Below, in pieces: positions 21,622 to 33,100 of a stretch of 64,000 nucleotides of DNA (the stretch's first letter is position 1; each line of letters begins with the position of its first letter). The stretch covers positions 55,180,001-55,244,000 of the forward strand of contig OZ038379.1 of the NCBI GenBank assembly GCA_964036045.1, written 5' to 3'. Made by a program: the position numbers and the translations under genes. The DNA is from Eutreptiella sp. 'Long Island Sound 2002'. Taxonomy: Eukaryota; Protista; Euglenida. The notes beneath the pieces were generated by a model, which saw only the letters and a program-made list of their open reading frames with translations, had not been told where the DNA came from and did not search any database.

Positions 21622-23775
21622 GTGAGCCATGGGTTGGGGTGGGGGGCTAGCCGGGCTAACTGGGGTGTGGGGGGTTGAACCCGGCGCTCCGTGAGTCCGG
21701 TCCAGCATCAGCACCCTGTGATTGGCCACGGCTGTGCATGGTAGCCGGGCACCTTCTCTTTGAGTAGTGGCTTAGCATTTATATATATTGTTGTAGCGAC
21801 GTTCTAGCAAACCGTTCTAGCGACATTCTAGCGACCCTCTAGCGGCGCTTGCTAGAGTATCGCTAGAACGTCGCTAGAACGAAAATTTTTTGGACTCCAA
21901 AATCAGGTGAAAAAAGTGAAACTGTGGAGAAAAACCATAAACCCCGAGTACGGATAGGGAGTGCAGGTTACCACCCTCAAATCCCTCTCCCCCATAACGC
22001 CCTCTTCTTTTAGTTCTAGCCACTCTAGCGGCGTCTAGGCTAGAACGAGATTGGCTGTCCTAGCGTGTACCAAGGGTAAGGCGACCAGCAAGGGCGGCTC
22101 AGGCAAACGGCTTCGATGGTGAGCGCCCACTATAGCACGGTTGGCCCCCAATCCCCACCCCGGACAGGGCGCCGGTAAGCCCGCGCTCATGAAGCAGGTA
22201 GCGGATGATCCCCGGTCAAGGCCCCCTGAATACCCACCGTTGTCGGGAACGGAGCTGACCCAAGACCTTATGGAATTGGACCCCCCTGAGGGGGGCCTGC
22301 AGCCCACGCCCGCTAATGCCCAGTCAACCCCCGTGGCCAACCCCTAGCCAAAGAATAGCCGGCCCAAGGCCCCCCAAGCCCCGGAACGCGTCTGGGCACC
22401 GCCCCCCGTGGCGCCGGGAAGGTCCGAGGACGAGACGGACCTGGCGTGGTGTGACGCCTCACGCTTCTAGTGACCCCACCCTTGTGGTCAGTGCACCCCG
22501 CCGCCTGTCCCCCAAGGGACCAATGCAAGGCTGGTGGAACCCCAAACGCCAACATGGCCCCGCATCCCCCCCCACATTGACCCACATGCCCCCCAGGGCA
22601 CGGCCACCCAACTCGCAAACCTCGTGGAGGGCGATGCTTACGACTTTAGCCTCCCTGGCGTCCCACATTTGGTGGACATGTCGGATTAAGATCCCGAACC
22701 GCCCGCCGCGAGACCGATGGGAGATGGGAGTTAGCACGAATTGTGTCCTGTGGCCCTCACCGCTGGCACTACCCTAGAGGAGGCAAACCCCTGCACGGCC
22801 ATGGATGTAGCTGTATTCGTGGACAGCGAACGCCTGTCGGCGGTGGGGCGCCGCATGCGTGCGGCGGGCCAAGAGGCCGTCCCCATCCCCGGCCCTACTC
22901 CCCCGAGAGTGACGGCCTCTTCCCGCTCTTGGCACACTACCCCAATACAACGCGCAAGCTGCTCCTGCTCATTGCCTTCACTCGGGGGGTCCCCTCTTTG
23001 TCGCTCTCTCGTTGAGAGGCAGATGCGATCCCGGCCCCTCACCGGCCGGGACTCGGGATCACGGTTCATTAGATGATCGAGGGGAAGGTGGAGCTCTAGT
23101 TTTCAACACCCGACGGGGGCACCCGTCCTGGTTGGTGGCTCCAGGCCATGGGTTATGCGTATGACTGGTCTGCCCCACCCCTGCCCTGAGCGGTGCCACC
23201 GGACACTTGGGCACCGGTGGTAGTGTGCAAGAGCCCGGTGCATGTCCCACGAGGAGCCCCGGCGTTCCCCCCCCTGGTGTAGGTGTGCATCCAGCGGGGG
23301 GACCGGTGCGCGGCGATGGACACGGGCCGGGTGGACCTTGGGGACCACAGGGCCACCCTCACCCCGCCAGGGGATTGCTCTTGGCCATCGCCACGCCCAT
23401 GGTGGCCAATGCCACCTTCGACAAGGCCCCAGGGGGACGGGTCCAGGTCTCCTCAACCCCAGGGGCCCAACAACTCCGTGACGCTAAGTGGAAGGGCTGG
23501 AGTGATCTCTAGAAGACCTATGTCCGGGCTTTCCAGCCAGCCCCTCCTATGCTCCTATCGGGTTTAAAGGTCTGTGAACGCGGGCCGAAGCCTTGCGGGA
23601 CTAGATAGTCCCCAGGCTCGCCGGTGAGCGAACGGCGTGGGCCCCTTCCCTTACCACGTGTTAAGCCTCATAGGGCGCAACCTACGCGCGGCCCACTAGT
23701 TTGCCAGCACCTCGGAACCGGATGAGGGCCCCCGGCAAGAGCCTGCTCCTGGTGACCCCGAGCTGAACCCGGCGC

Positions 23776-25610
23776 TTGAGGACCACGGCCTCTTCGCGTC
23801 TCAAAATTCGGGGGTGGCCGGAGGACATACATGCCGTCGGATATCTGTGGCTAAATGTCCGTAGCACAAACCTGCGGCAATGCTTGCTAGCACATGCCCT
23901 ACACATGGCAACGCGCCGCCTCACGATCCTCATCCTGGCCGAAGCCCAATCCAGGGCGGGCCCCGATGATCCCCCACTTTTGGACTACACCCGACACGTC
24001 GTGCTCCCCGCTCATGGAAAGACGGGGGCAAGCCTCAATGTGTATGTCCGCACCGGGACTACGACCCGGGCCACCCTGCTCGGGGGCAGGGAGCACTCTA
24101 ACGCCCTCCTCATGGAGGTACAAGCCCCATTGGGGAAACATCATGTGTTGGCAGCCCATGCCCCCAAATCAACATTGGCTGTGAGCCATGCGTGAGCTGG
24201 TGGGCGGACATTTGGCGCGACATCACCCGCATAGTGGACCTGACGTCCATTGTGGTAGTGACTGACACCAAGTCGGTGGCCCGGCCAACGAAAAGGGGGA
24301 CCGCACGCCCCAATGATACAGGCTATAGCACAATCCTACGGGCCTTCAACCTCAGGGATCTGGTAGACCTGCACCAGAGACATACTCGTGTTTCTGGGGG
24401 CAACGCGCTCCCGCATCGACATTGTCGCTTGCAACGGCGAGGCGACATTCGCAATAGCTTCCTACCACTAATGGGGAAGCACCCTCCTGTCGCTCCAACA
24501 TGTCCCACTCCTATTCACCGTGACCCATGCGGCGGGCCAACCGGACAAGCCCACTCCCAAGACGGTGTCTCGCACGCCGGAGTACCACTTGGACCTAGTA
24601 GCCCTAGTAGCTCTATCCCCAGCGGATACGGCCGACTTCCAGAGCTTGGTGCTCCGCAGGAAGGGGCTCGAGCCCCAGCTTGTCCCGACCCGATGGATGA
24701 AAGGCCATCAACAAGCCATCCATAATTTGGCCAGCGCTGCGGGCGGCGTCCGGGCTCTCGGTTTGCGGCACTACCGCCTCCACACACGCCCGGCAGAGCG
24801 AACCTTGCCCTCAAAGTTCCCCCAGCCGCCTTTCCTAGCGCGCAATGTACTCCCCTCTGTGGGGCATTTCACAACATTTGCCCATAGCATGTTGGGAAAC
24901 TTTGTGGCGCCGGGGCACACCCTGAAAAGGAGTCTCGTGGTACCAGGGGAGGCTCAACACCAGCAAAGTCTCCGGGATATTAAGCGCTGGGCCTACCGGA
25001 GAACCCAGGAGACCCGGAACCTTCGCCGCAACGCGGAGCACTGGCGAGAGGCGCAACGGAGAAGCCGGCTCCCCCCCGCAGGATACCTCAGAAATCCCCT
25101 TGGACAGCAAGGCGCTCCTAAACCCCACCGAGATCTTGTTTGCCCTATATGCCAGCTGAAAGCGGTTTCAGGGCCACAGCTACCGTATCCGCGACAACCC
25201 CATACGATGGGCCCATTTCAAGCAATGTCCGGAGCTCCTACCGCAGCATGCCCCGCCGGCCACGACGGACTATGTCCAGCCTCACCACCTTTGTGAGTAC
25301 AATCTGGCAAGGCCCGGGGCCCAGATCTCCACTTGCCAGAGGCGGAGGTGTGCATCGTCATTTCTGGTACTGTCACCTGATGGTGGCGGACCAGGTAACC
25401 CTGTGCGCGGTCATGCACAGCTCCCGAGTATGCCCCACGGTGGGCAAGCGTGGTCGGGTCATCTTGCTCCTGAAGAATCCAGACGAGCCCATCTAGGAGG
25501 CGAACCTCCGGGGCATCACCATCTCCTCCTACATCTCCAAGCTGCAGCCCACGGCTTTCTACGCCGTGGCAACAACCTTCCTAATGGGCAATGCCCAAGG
25601 AGTAATGGGG
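23776..25610 (+). pseudogene. LINE ORF2: apurinic-like endonuclease and N-terminal RT domains (frameshifted, truncated)
   Basis: APE motifs LWLNVRS, ILILAE, HVLAAHAP, VVVTDT, SRIDIVAC; RT region GRVILLLKNPDEPI*EANLRGITISSYISKL; no YADD-type motif before the sequence changes at ~25610. Confidence 0.85.
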
Positions 25611-26059
25611 CTTGAGTGGGGGGGCACGGGGACGTTAGAAGACGAGGGGTGTTGGTAGGCATTGCAGCCTTGTGTATAGCAATCAAATTACCCTCACACA
25701 TCACACACAAGACCTTTATGAACCCTCCCCCCCGTCCCCCATGACATTGGATTGTGCCCCAATTCATCAAAACCCCCGAACTTCAATCTGATAACCGTTT
25801 TTGTCCACTACATCTCACATACCCCGGGGCCCCAAGGTATGCCCGGCACCCCCCCCTCCCCCTGTCCAGCGAAAGCTCCCTTCCCCCTTTAAGCCATAGT
25901 TCGCCCCTACATATTGATCTAATTTGTGGGTGGTGTTGGGTGCGGGGGGAGGATAGTGAAACGTGACATGTCACAATTTCTTTCTAGGGCCAAAGTGGGA
26001 ACCTCGTCATTTCACCTTGTCCAAGGCACTTTTTGGGGCCAACTATGAATTTTTGATGT

Positions 26060-27192
26060 AGTATGATGTGATGTTGTTTGTGCAATTGTAATGTGATGTG
26101 ATGTGATGTCGTGTCATGTCGTGTCATCTCACGCCACATCAAATAATGTGATATAACGTGTGTGATATGATGTGATGTGATGTGATGTGATGTGATGTGA
26201 TGTGATGTGATGTGATGTGATGTGATGTGATGTGATGTGATGTAATGTGATGTGATGTGACGTGATGTGATGTGATGTGATGTGATCTCATGTCATGTCA
26301 TGTCATGTCATGTTACGTCATGTCATGTCATGTCACGTCATGTCATGTCATGTCATGTCACGTCATGTCATGTCATGTCATGTGATGTAATGTGATGTAA
26401 TGTGAGGTGATATTATGTGATGTCATATGATGTGATGGATGTGATGTGATGTGATGTGATGTGATGTAATGTGATGCGATGTGATGTGATGTGATGTGAT
26501 GTGATGTGATGTGATGTGATGTGACGTGATGTGACGTGACGTGACGTGACGTGACGTGACGTGACGTTACGTGATGTGACGTGAGGTGAGCTGAGGTAAG
26601 GTGAGGTGAGGCGAGGTGAGGTGAGGTGAGGTGAGGTGAGGTGAGATGACGCGATTTGATGTGAGGTGAGGTGAGGTTAGGTGAGGTGAGGTGTGGTGAG
26701 GTGAGCTGAGGTGAGGTGAGGTGAGGTGAGGTGAGGCGAGATTAGGTGAGGTGAGGTGGGGTGAGGTGACGTGATTTGATGTGAGGTGAGGTGAGGTGAG
26801 GTGACGTGACGTGACGTGAGGTGAGGTGAGGTGAGCTGAGCTGAGGTGAGGTGAGGTGAGCTGAGGTGAGGTGAGGTGAGGTGAGGTGAGGTGAGGTGAG
26901 GTGAGGTGAGGTGAGGTGAGGTGAGGTGAGGTGAGTTGATGTGATGTGATGTGATGTGATGTGATGAGATGTGATGTGATGTGATGTGATGCGATGCGAT
27001 GTGATGTGATGTGATGTGATGCGATGCGATGCGATGCGATGCGATGCGATGCGATGTGGTGTGATGTGATGTGATTTGATGTGATGTGATGTGATGTGAT
27101 GTGATGTGATGTGATGTGATGTGATGTGATGTGATGTGATGAGATGTGATGTGATGTGATGTGATGTGATGTGATGTGATGTGATGTGATGT
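26060..27192 (+). repeat. Compound pentamer microsatellite (TGATG/TCATG/TGACG/TGAGG/CGATG)
   Basis: Continuous 5-bp period with block-wise changes of unit. Confidence 0.98.
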
Positions 27193-27764
27193 GCCAGAGG
27201 TGCTGGTACCAAAAGGCAATGGCCAAGACGTCTACCCACAAGTATATCTAACCTTGAGGGATGTGTGTGTTGTTCGTGCGCTGTGTGCGAGTGTGTAGCC
27301 ACGGCTCGGGCGTGAGTGCGGGGCATAGGTACCTCGAGGCTTCTAGTCAGGCTATCGTGGTCATTCCAGAAGCTGCCGAGGGACGTCCTCCGGCTGTGCC
27401 CGTTCGTGCAGGTATAGGTCCTCTGACACCTGCTCCATGGTGCTTTGCGGGCTTAGTTGGGCATTCATCAGCATGGCATTATCCTTGGCATTGGCTTGTG
27501 CACCCAGCCTAGCTGTTGCGTTTTTGCGGCCGAGGGCCGTCCCTCATTTGGGCGTCGTGCAGCTGTTTCACTAGGCTGCGTGGGGGACCTTCCGCCGCTC
27601 TGCCTCACAGTGCTTTTAAAGGTCTTGCTAGGCCCAAGCCTTGGTGCCTGTAGGCCCAAATTGGGCCGTGACAAGGCCGGCATTTGGGCAGCCGAAACCC
27701 TTCCTATCACTACCACACTGCGCAGTGGGTCGTGGGACTCATTGGGCCTCATTGAGCTCCCAAC

Positions 27765-30150
27765 CACCGTGCGGGAGCGCACTGGGGCCTCATTGAACTT
27801 CAGGCCCCTGTGCGGCTACGCACTGGGATCTCGTTGAACGCGTGGCCCCTGTGCGGGAGCGCATTAGGGCCTTCTTGCACTCATGGCCCCTGCGTGTGAG
27901 CGCGTTGGGGCTTCATTGAACTCGTGGCTCCTGCGCCGGTTCGCACGAGGGCCCTATTGAACTTCTCGCCATTGTGTGCGAGCACACTGAGGCATTATTG
28001 AACTCCTGCTCCTGTGCGGCAGCGCATTGGGGCCTCACTGAACTCCTGACCCTTGCGTAGAAGCGCATTGGGGCCGCATTGAACTCATTGCCCGTGTGCG
28101 GGACTGCACCAAGGCCCAATTGAAATTGTGGCCCGAAAGCGTATTGGGGCCCTGTTGAACTCTTGGCCCGTGCCGGGGGGCGGTGGGCAATGGGACTCCT
28201 GTGCACTGCCACACTGCTGGCCGGCACTGGGCAGTGGAACTCCCGATGTACACCGCCACACTCTTGGGAAGCATTGGGCAATGGGATTTCTTCAGAACGC
28301 TGCCCTACTGCCGGCGATAGTGGGCAGTGGGACTCCGTTAGTGCATTGCCACACCGTTGGGGATCGCACTGGGGCCTCTTGGAAGTCCTGGCCCGTGTGT
28401 GGGAGCGCTACCGGAGCCCTTTGTGCTTATGGCCCCTGTGCGAGATCGCACTAGGACCACTTTGAAGTCATGGCCCCAGCGCATGAGCGTAGTGTGCCCT
28501 CTTTGAAGCCATGGCCCCTGCGCAAGAACGCACTGCGGCCTCATTGAAATGCCCGCCCCTATGCAGGAGTACACTAGGGCTTCTTTGAAGCGGCCCCTAT
28601 GCGGGACCCTACTTTGGGCCCTTTGTACTTATGGCCCATGTGCGGGATCACATTGGAACCTCCTTGAAGGCATGGTCTCCATGCGTGACCGCCGTGGGGC
28701 CTCTTTGAAGTCATGGCCCCTGTGCGGGAGTATAGTGGGGCCTCATTGAAATCATAGGGCCTGTGGAGGATCACACCGGCGCCTCTTTGTAGTCATGGCC
28801 CCTGTGCCGGAGCGCACTTGGGCCTCATTGAAATCATGGTACCCGTTTGTGGGCGCACAGGGGCCTCGCTGAAACCGTTCCCCCTATGCGACAGCGCACC
28901 GGGGCCTCCTTGTACTTATCGCCCCTGTGCGGGATTACATTGCGGCCGCTTGGAAATCATGGCCCTGTGCGGAACCGCACTGGGGCCTCATTAAAATCCT
29001 GGCCCCTGTGCGGGAGCGCACTAGGGCTTCTGTAAAGTCATGGCCCCTGTGCGGGGGCGCACTGGGGCCTCTTTTAAGCCATGGTTCTTGTGCGAGACCG
29101 TTTGTACTTATGGCCCATGCGCGGAATTGCACCGGGACTTTTTTGAAGGCATGGTCCCCGTGCGTGAGCGCGGAGGGGCGTTTTTGAAGCCATGGCTCGT
29201 GTGCGACAGCACAATCGGGCCACATTGAAATCCTCCCTTGTGTGTGGGATCACACTGGGGCCTGCTTGAAGTCATGGCCCATTTGCGGCATTGCACTGGG
29301 ACCTCTTTGAAATCTTGGTACCCGTGTGTGAGCGCAATGTGGCCTCATTTAAATCTTGGCCCGTGTGCATGATCGCACTGGGGCCTCCCCGAACACATGG
29401 CACCTATGCGGGAGCGCACTGTGGCCTCATTGAAATCATGGCCGCTGTGGGTGAGCGCACTGCGGCCTCTTTGTATTTTGGCCCCTGTGCGGGGCCGCAC
29501 CGGGGGCCGCTTTGAGGTAATGGCTTGGAGCGCATTGAAATCTTGGTCCTTGTGTGCGATCACACGGGAGCCTCTTGGAACACATCGCCCCTTGGTGGGA
29601 CGCACGAAGGCCTCATAGCAGCCATGGCCCCTAAAGAGGAGCGCACTTGGGACGCTGTGTAATTATCGCCTCGGTGCAGGATCACACTAGGCCCTCACAC
29701 AACTCATGCCCCCTGTGCGGGAGCGCACCAGGGCCTTATTGAACTCTTGGGCGATATGCAAGAGCGTAATAGGGGCTCTAAGCACTTATGGCCCTTGTGT
29801 CGGAGCGCACTGGGCATTGTATGAGGTCGTGGCACCTGCGCGGGATTGCACGGGGCCTCATTGAAGGTATGGCTCCTCTTGGGGATCGCTCTCGGGCCTC
29901 TTTGATGTTATGGCCCCTGCGTGGGATTGCACTGGGGCCTCATTGAACTCGTGGCCCCTGTGTGGGATCACATCAGGGCCTCTTTGATGTCATGGCCCTT
30001 GTGTGTGAGTGCACCAGGGTGTCGTTGAAATCTTCACCCTTGTGCGGGGGCGCACAAGGGCCTTTTGAACTCATGACCATTGTGCATGAGATCACTAGGG
30101 CCTCGTTGAACTCATGGCGCCTGTGCATGAGCGCACTGTGGCCTCATTGA
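27765..30150 (+). repeat. 41-bp satellite (ggcccctgtgcgggagcgcactggggcctcattgaaatcat)
   Basis: Unit starts at ~27844 and ~27885; about 55-58 diverged units. Confidence 0.95.
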
Positions 30151-30164
30151 AATCATCCCCCATA

Positions 30165-33100
30165 GGTACGGCATCCCTTAATGGCGTGAGCGCACAAGAT
30201 AGGGGCACGGGGAGTCCAGCCCAACCGATGGTCGCAGCTCACAGTGCGACTGTGAGGGATGGCTGCCCCCAATGGCACGGGCTCACAAGAGGGGAGCACG
30301 GAGAGTAAAGCCCCGCCAGTGGTGGCATCTCACGGTGCACTTGTGGGGCATCGCAGCCCCCGATGCCGCCGGCTTACATGCTGGTTGGACGTGGAGTCCA
30401 ACGAGGCCCTTGGTCGCAGCTCAAGGTGCGCTTGTGCGGGACGGAAGCCCCCAATGGCGCGGCCTCACATGCTAGGGGTCGGGGAGTCCTGCGCAACTAG
30501 TGGTAGCAGCTCATGATGCGCACGTGAGGAACGGTAGCCCCTAATGGTGCGGGGTCACCAGCTGGGGAGCGGGGAGTCCTGCCTTGCCATGGTTGCAGCT
30601 TGCAGTGCGCTTGTGGGGGATGGCATCCCATGATGGTGCGGGCTTGCAGGCCAAGCCAATGGGGAGTCCAGCCTAACCACTGGTCGAAGCTTACCGTCTG
30701 CCAGAGGGAGATGGTAGCCCCCAACGGTGCGGGCTCACAGGCAAAGGGGACGGGGAATCTAGCCCAAACTGTGGTCACAGCTCATGATGCGCATGAAAGG
30801 GATCGCGGCCCCTGATGGTGCGGGCTCACAGCGCGGGGAGACGGGGAGTCCAGCCCGGCCAACGGTTGCAGCTCACGGTGAGCTTGAAGCCTATGGCAAG
30901 CCCCATGGGGCAAGCTCACAGGCTGGGGGGACAAGAAGTCCAGCCCAGCCAGTGGTCGCAGCTCAAAGCGCTTCTGTGGGGGATGGGAGCCCCAAATGGA
31001 GCGGACTGCCTGGCTTGGGGCACAGGGAGTCCTCCCCAGCCGCTAGTTGCAGCTCACGGTGCGCTGTAGGGGCCCGGCAGCCCCCAATGGCGTGTACTTA
31101 CAGGTTGCGGGCACGGGGAGTCCAGCCCAGCCCGTGGTCGCAGCTCACGGTGGGACTAGGAGGGATGGTATCCCCAAATGCCGCGGGCTCACATGCGAGG
31201 GGGACGCGAAGTCCAAAGTAGCCCTTGGTCGCAGCTCAAGGTGCGCTTGTGCGGGATGGAAGCCCCCAATGGCGCGGCCTCACATGCTAGGGGTCTGGGA
31301 GTACTGCGCGACCAGTGGTCGCGGCTCTCGATGCGCCTGTGAGGAACGGTAGCCCCTAATGGTGCGGGGTCACAAGCTGGGGGGCCGGGGAGTCGAGGCC
31401 TGCCATAGTTGCAGCTTATAGTGCGCTTGGGGGGGATGGCATCCCATGATTTTGCGGGCTTGCAGGCCAAGCCAATGGGGAGTCCAGCCTAACCACTGGT
31501 CGAAGCTTACGGTCCGCCAGTGGGAGATGGTAACCCCCAATGGTGCGGGCTCACGGGCAAGGGGGACGGGGAATCTAGCCCAAACGGTGGTCACAGCTCA
31601 TGATGCGCCTGAAAGGGATGGCGGCCCCTGATGGTGCGGGCTCACAGCGCGGGGAGACAGGGAGTCCAGCCCGGCCAACGGTTGCAGCTCACGGTGAGCC
31701 TGAAGCCTATGGCAGGCCCCATGGGGCAAGCTCACATGCTGGGGGGACAAGAAGTCTAGCCTAGCCACTGGTCAGAGCTCAGAGTGCGCTTGTGGGGGAC
31801 GGCAGCCCCGAATGGAGCGGACTGACCGGCTTGGGGCACAGAGAGTCCGCCCTAGCCGCTAGTTGCAGCTCACGATGTGCTGCAGGGGCGCGGCGGCCCC
31901 CAATGGCGCGTACTTACAGGTTGCGAGCACGGGGAGTCTAGCCCAGGCCGTGGGTCGCAGCTCACGGCGGGACTAGGAGGGATGGTAGCCTCCAATGGCG
32001 CCGGCTCACACGCTGGGGGGACGGGGAGTCCAGCTCCACCGGTGGCCGTAGTTCATGGCGCACGTGGCGGGCACTGCAGCTTATGATGGCACGGGCTCAT
32101 GGGCTGGGGGAACGGGAGTCCAACCTAGCTGGTGGTCGAAGCTCACAGTGCTCTTGTCGGGGTGGTAGCCCCCAATGGCGGGGGCTCACAGGCTGGGGGG
32201 ACGGGGAGTCCAGTATACCCCGTGGTCACAGCTCACGGTGCGTTTTGGTGGGGATGGCAGCCTATTTTGGAGCGAGTTGAGATGTTGGGGGCACGTGGAG
32301 TCTGGTCGAGCCGGCAGTCGCAACTCTAGGTGCGGCTGCGGGGAATTCTAGTCCCCAACGGTGCGGGCTCGCTGGCTAGGGCGATGGGGAGTCCAGTCTA
32401 GCAGGTGTTCGCAGCTCGTGGTGCGCTTCGTGGGGATGGCAGCCCCCATTGGCGTGAGCCCGCACGCAGGGGGGACAGGGGGTCCAGCCCAGCCGGTGGT
32501 CGCAACTCACTGCGCGCATGTGGGAGATTGTAGCCCGTGATAGCGCGTGCTCACAAGCTGCGAGCATTGGGAGTGCAGCCCTGTCGTTGGTTGCAGTTCA
32601 CGGTGCGGGGCTGGGAAAAGGGAGCCCCCAATGGAGTGGGCGCACAAGCCGGAGAAACGGGGAGTCCCAGCCAGCTGTTGGTCGCACCTCACGGTGCGCC
32701 TATTGGGGATGGCAGCCCCCAAAGGCGCGGGCGCACAGGGAGTCCAACCCGGCTGGTTGTGGCAGCTCACGGTGCACTGTTGGGGGATAGCAACCCCCAA
32801 TGGCACGAGCTCACAGGGTAGGGGGACGGGGATTTCATCCAAGCCGTTGGTCGCAGGTCATGGTGCGCTTGTGGGGTATCTCAGCCCCCAATGGCGCGGG
32901 CTCACAGGTGGGGGCGACTAGGAGTCCATCCCAATCTGTGGTCGCACCTCACGGTGCGCCTAGGGGGGGATGGCAGCCCCCAATGGCGCGAACTCACATG
33001 CTCGGGAGACGGGGAGTCGAATCTAGCCGGTGGTCGCAGCTCACGGTGCGCTTGCGGGGGATGGCAGCCCCAAATGGCGTGGGCTCGCAGGCGGGGAGAA

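Larger units (their letters stand above)
17630..22076 (+). mobile_element. TIR DNA transposon, copy 1 (RAG1/Transib/CMC-like DDE)
   Basis: 43-bp inverted termini CCCCTGGTACAGGCTAG.. versus ..CTAGCGTGTACCAAGGG (7 mismatches), flanked by TA on both sides (17628-29 and 22077-78). Confidence 0.92.
15780..25610 (+). mobile_element. APE-type LINE (ORF1-like region plus 3'-truncated ORF2), interrupted by a DNA transposon at 17630-22076
   Basis: ORF2 motifs at 23776-25610; upstream Pro-rich coding-like region with an RNP1-like EKHGYLAFRSNSQAVAAC at ~17110; the reading frame continues across the TA insertion site. The 5' boundary is uncertain. Confidence 0.65.

Noticed and set aside
23575-23645. HDV-like ribozyme at the LINE ORF1-ORF2 junction (GCGAA after a hairpin)
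   Set aside because: Hairpins are present (GGGACTA/TAGTCCC and GCTC/GAGC), but I could not build a consistent P1/P2/P3/P1.1 pseudoknot.
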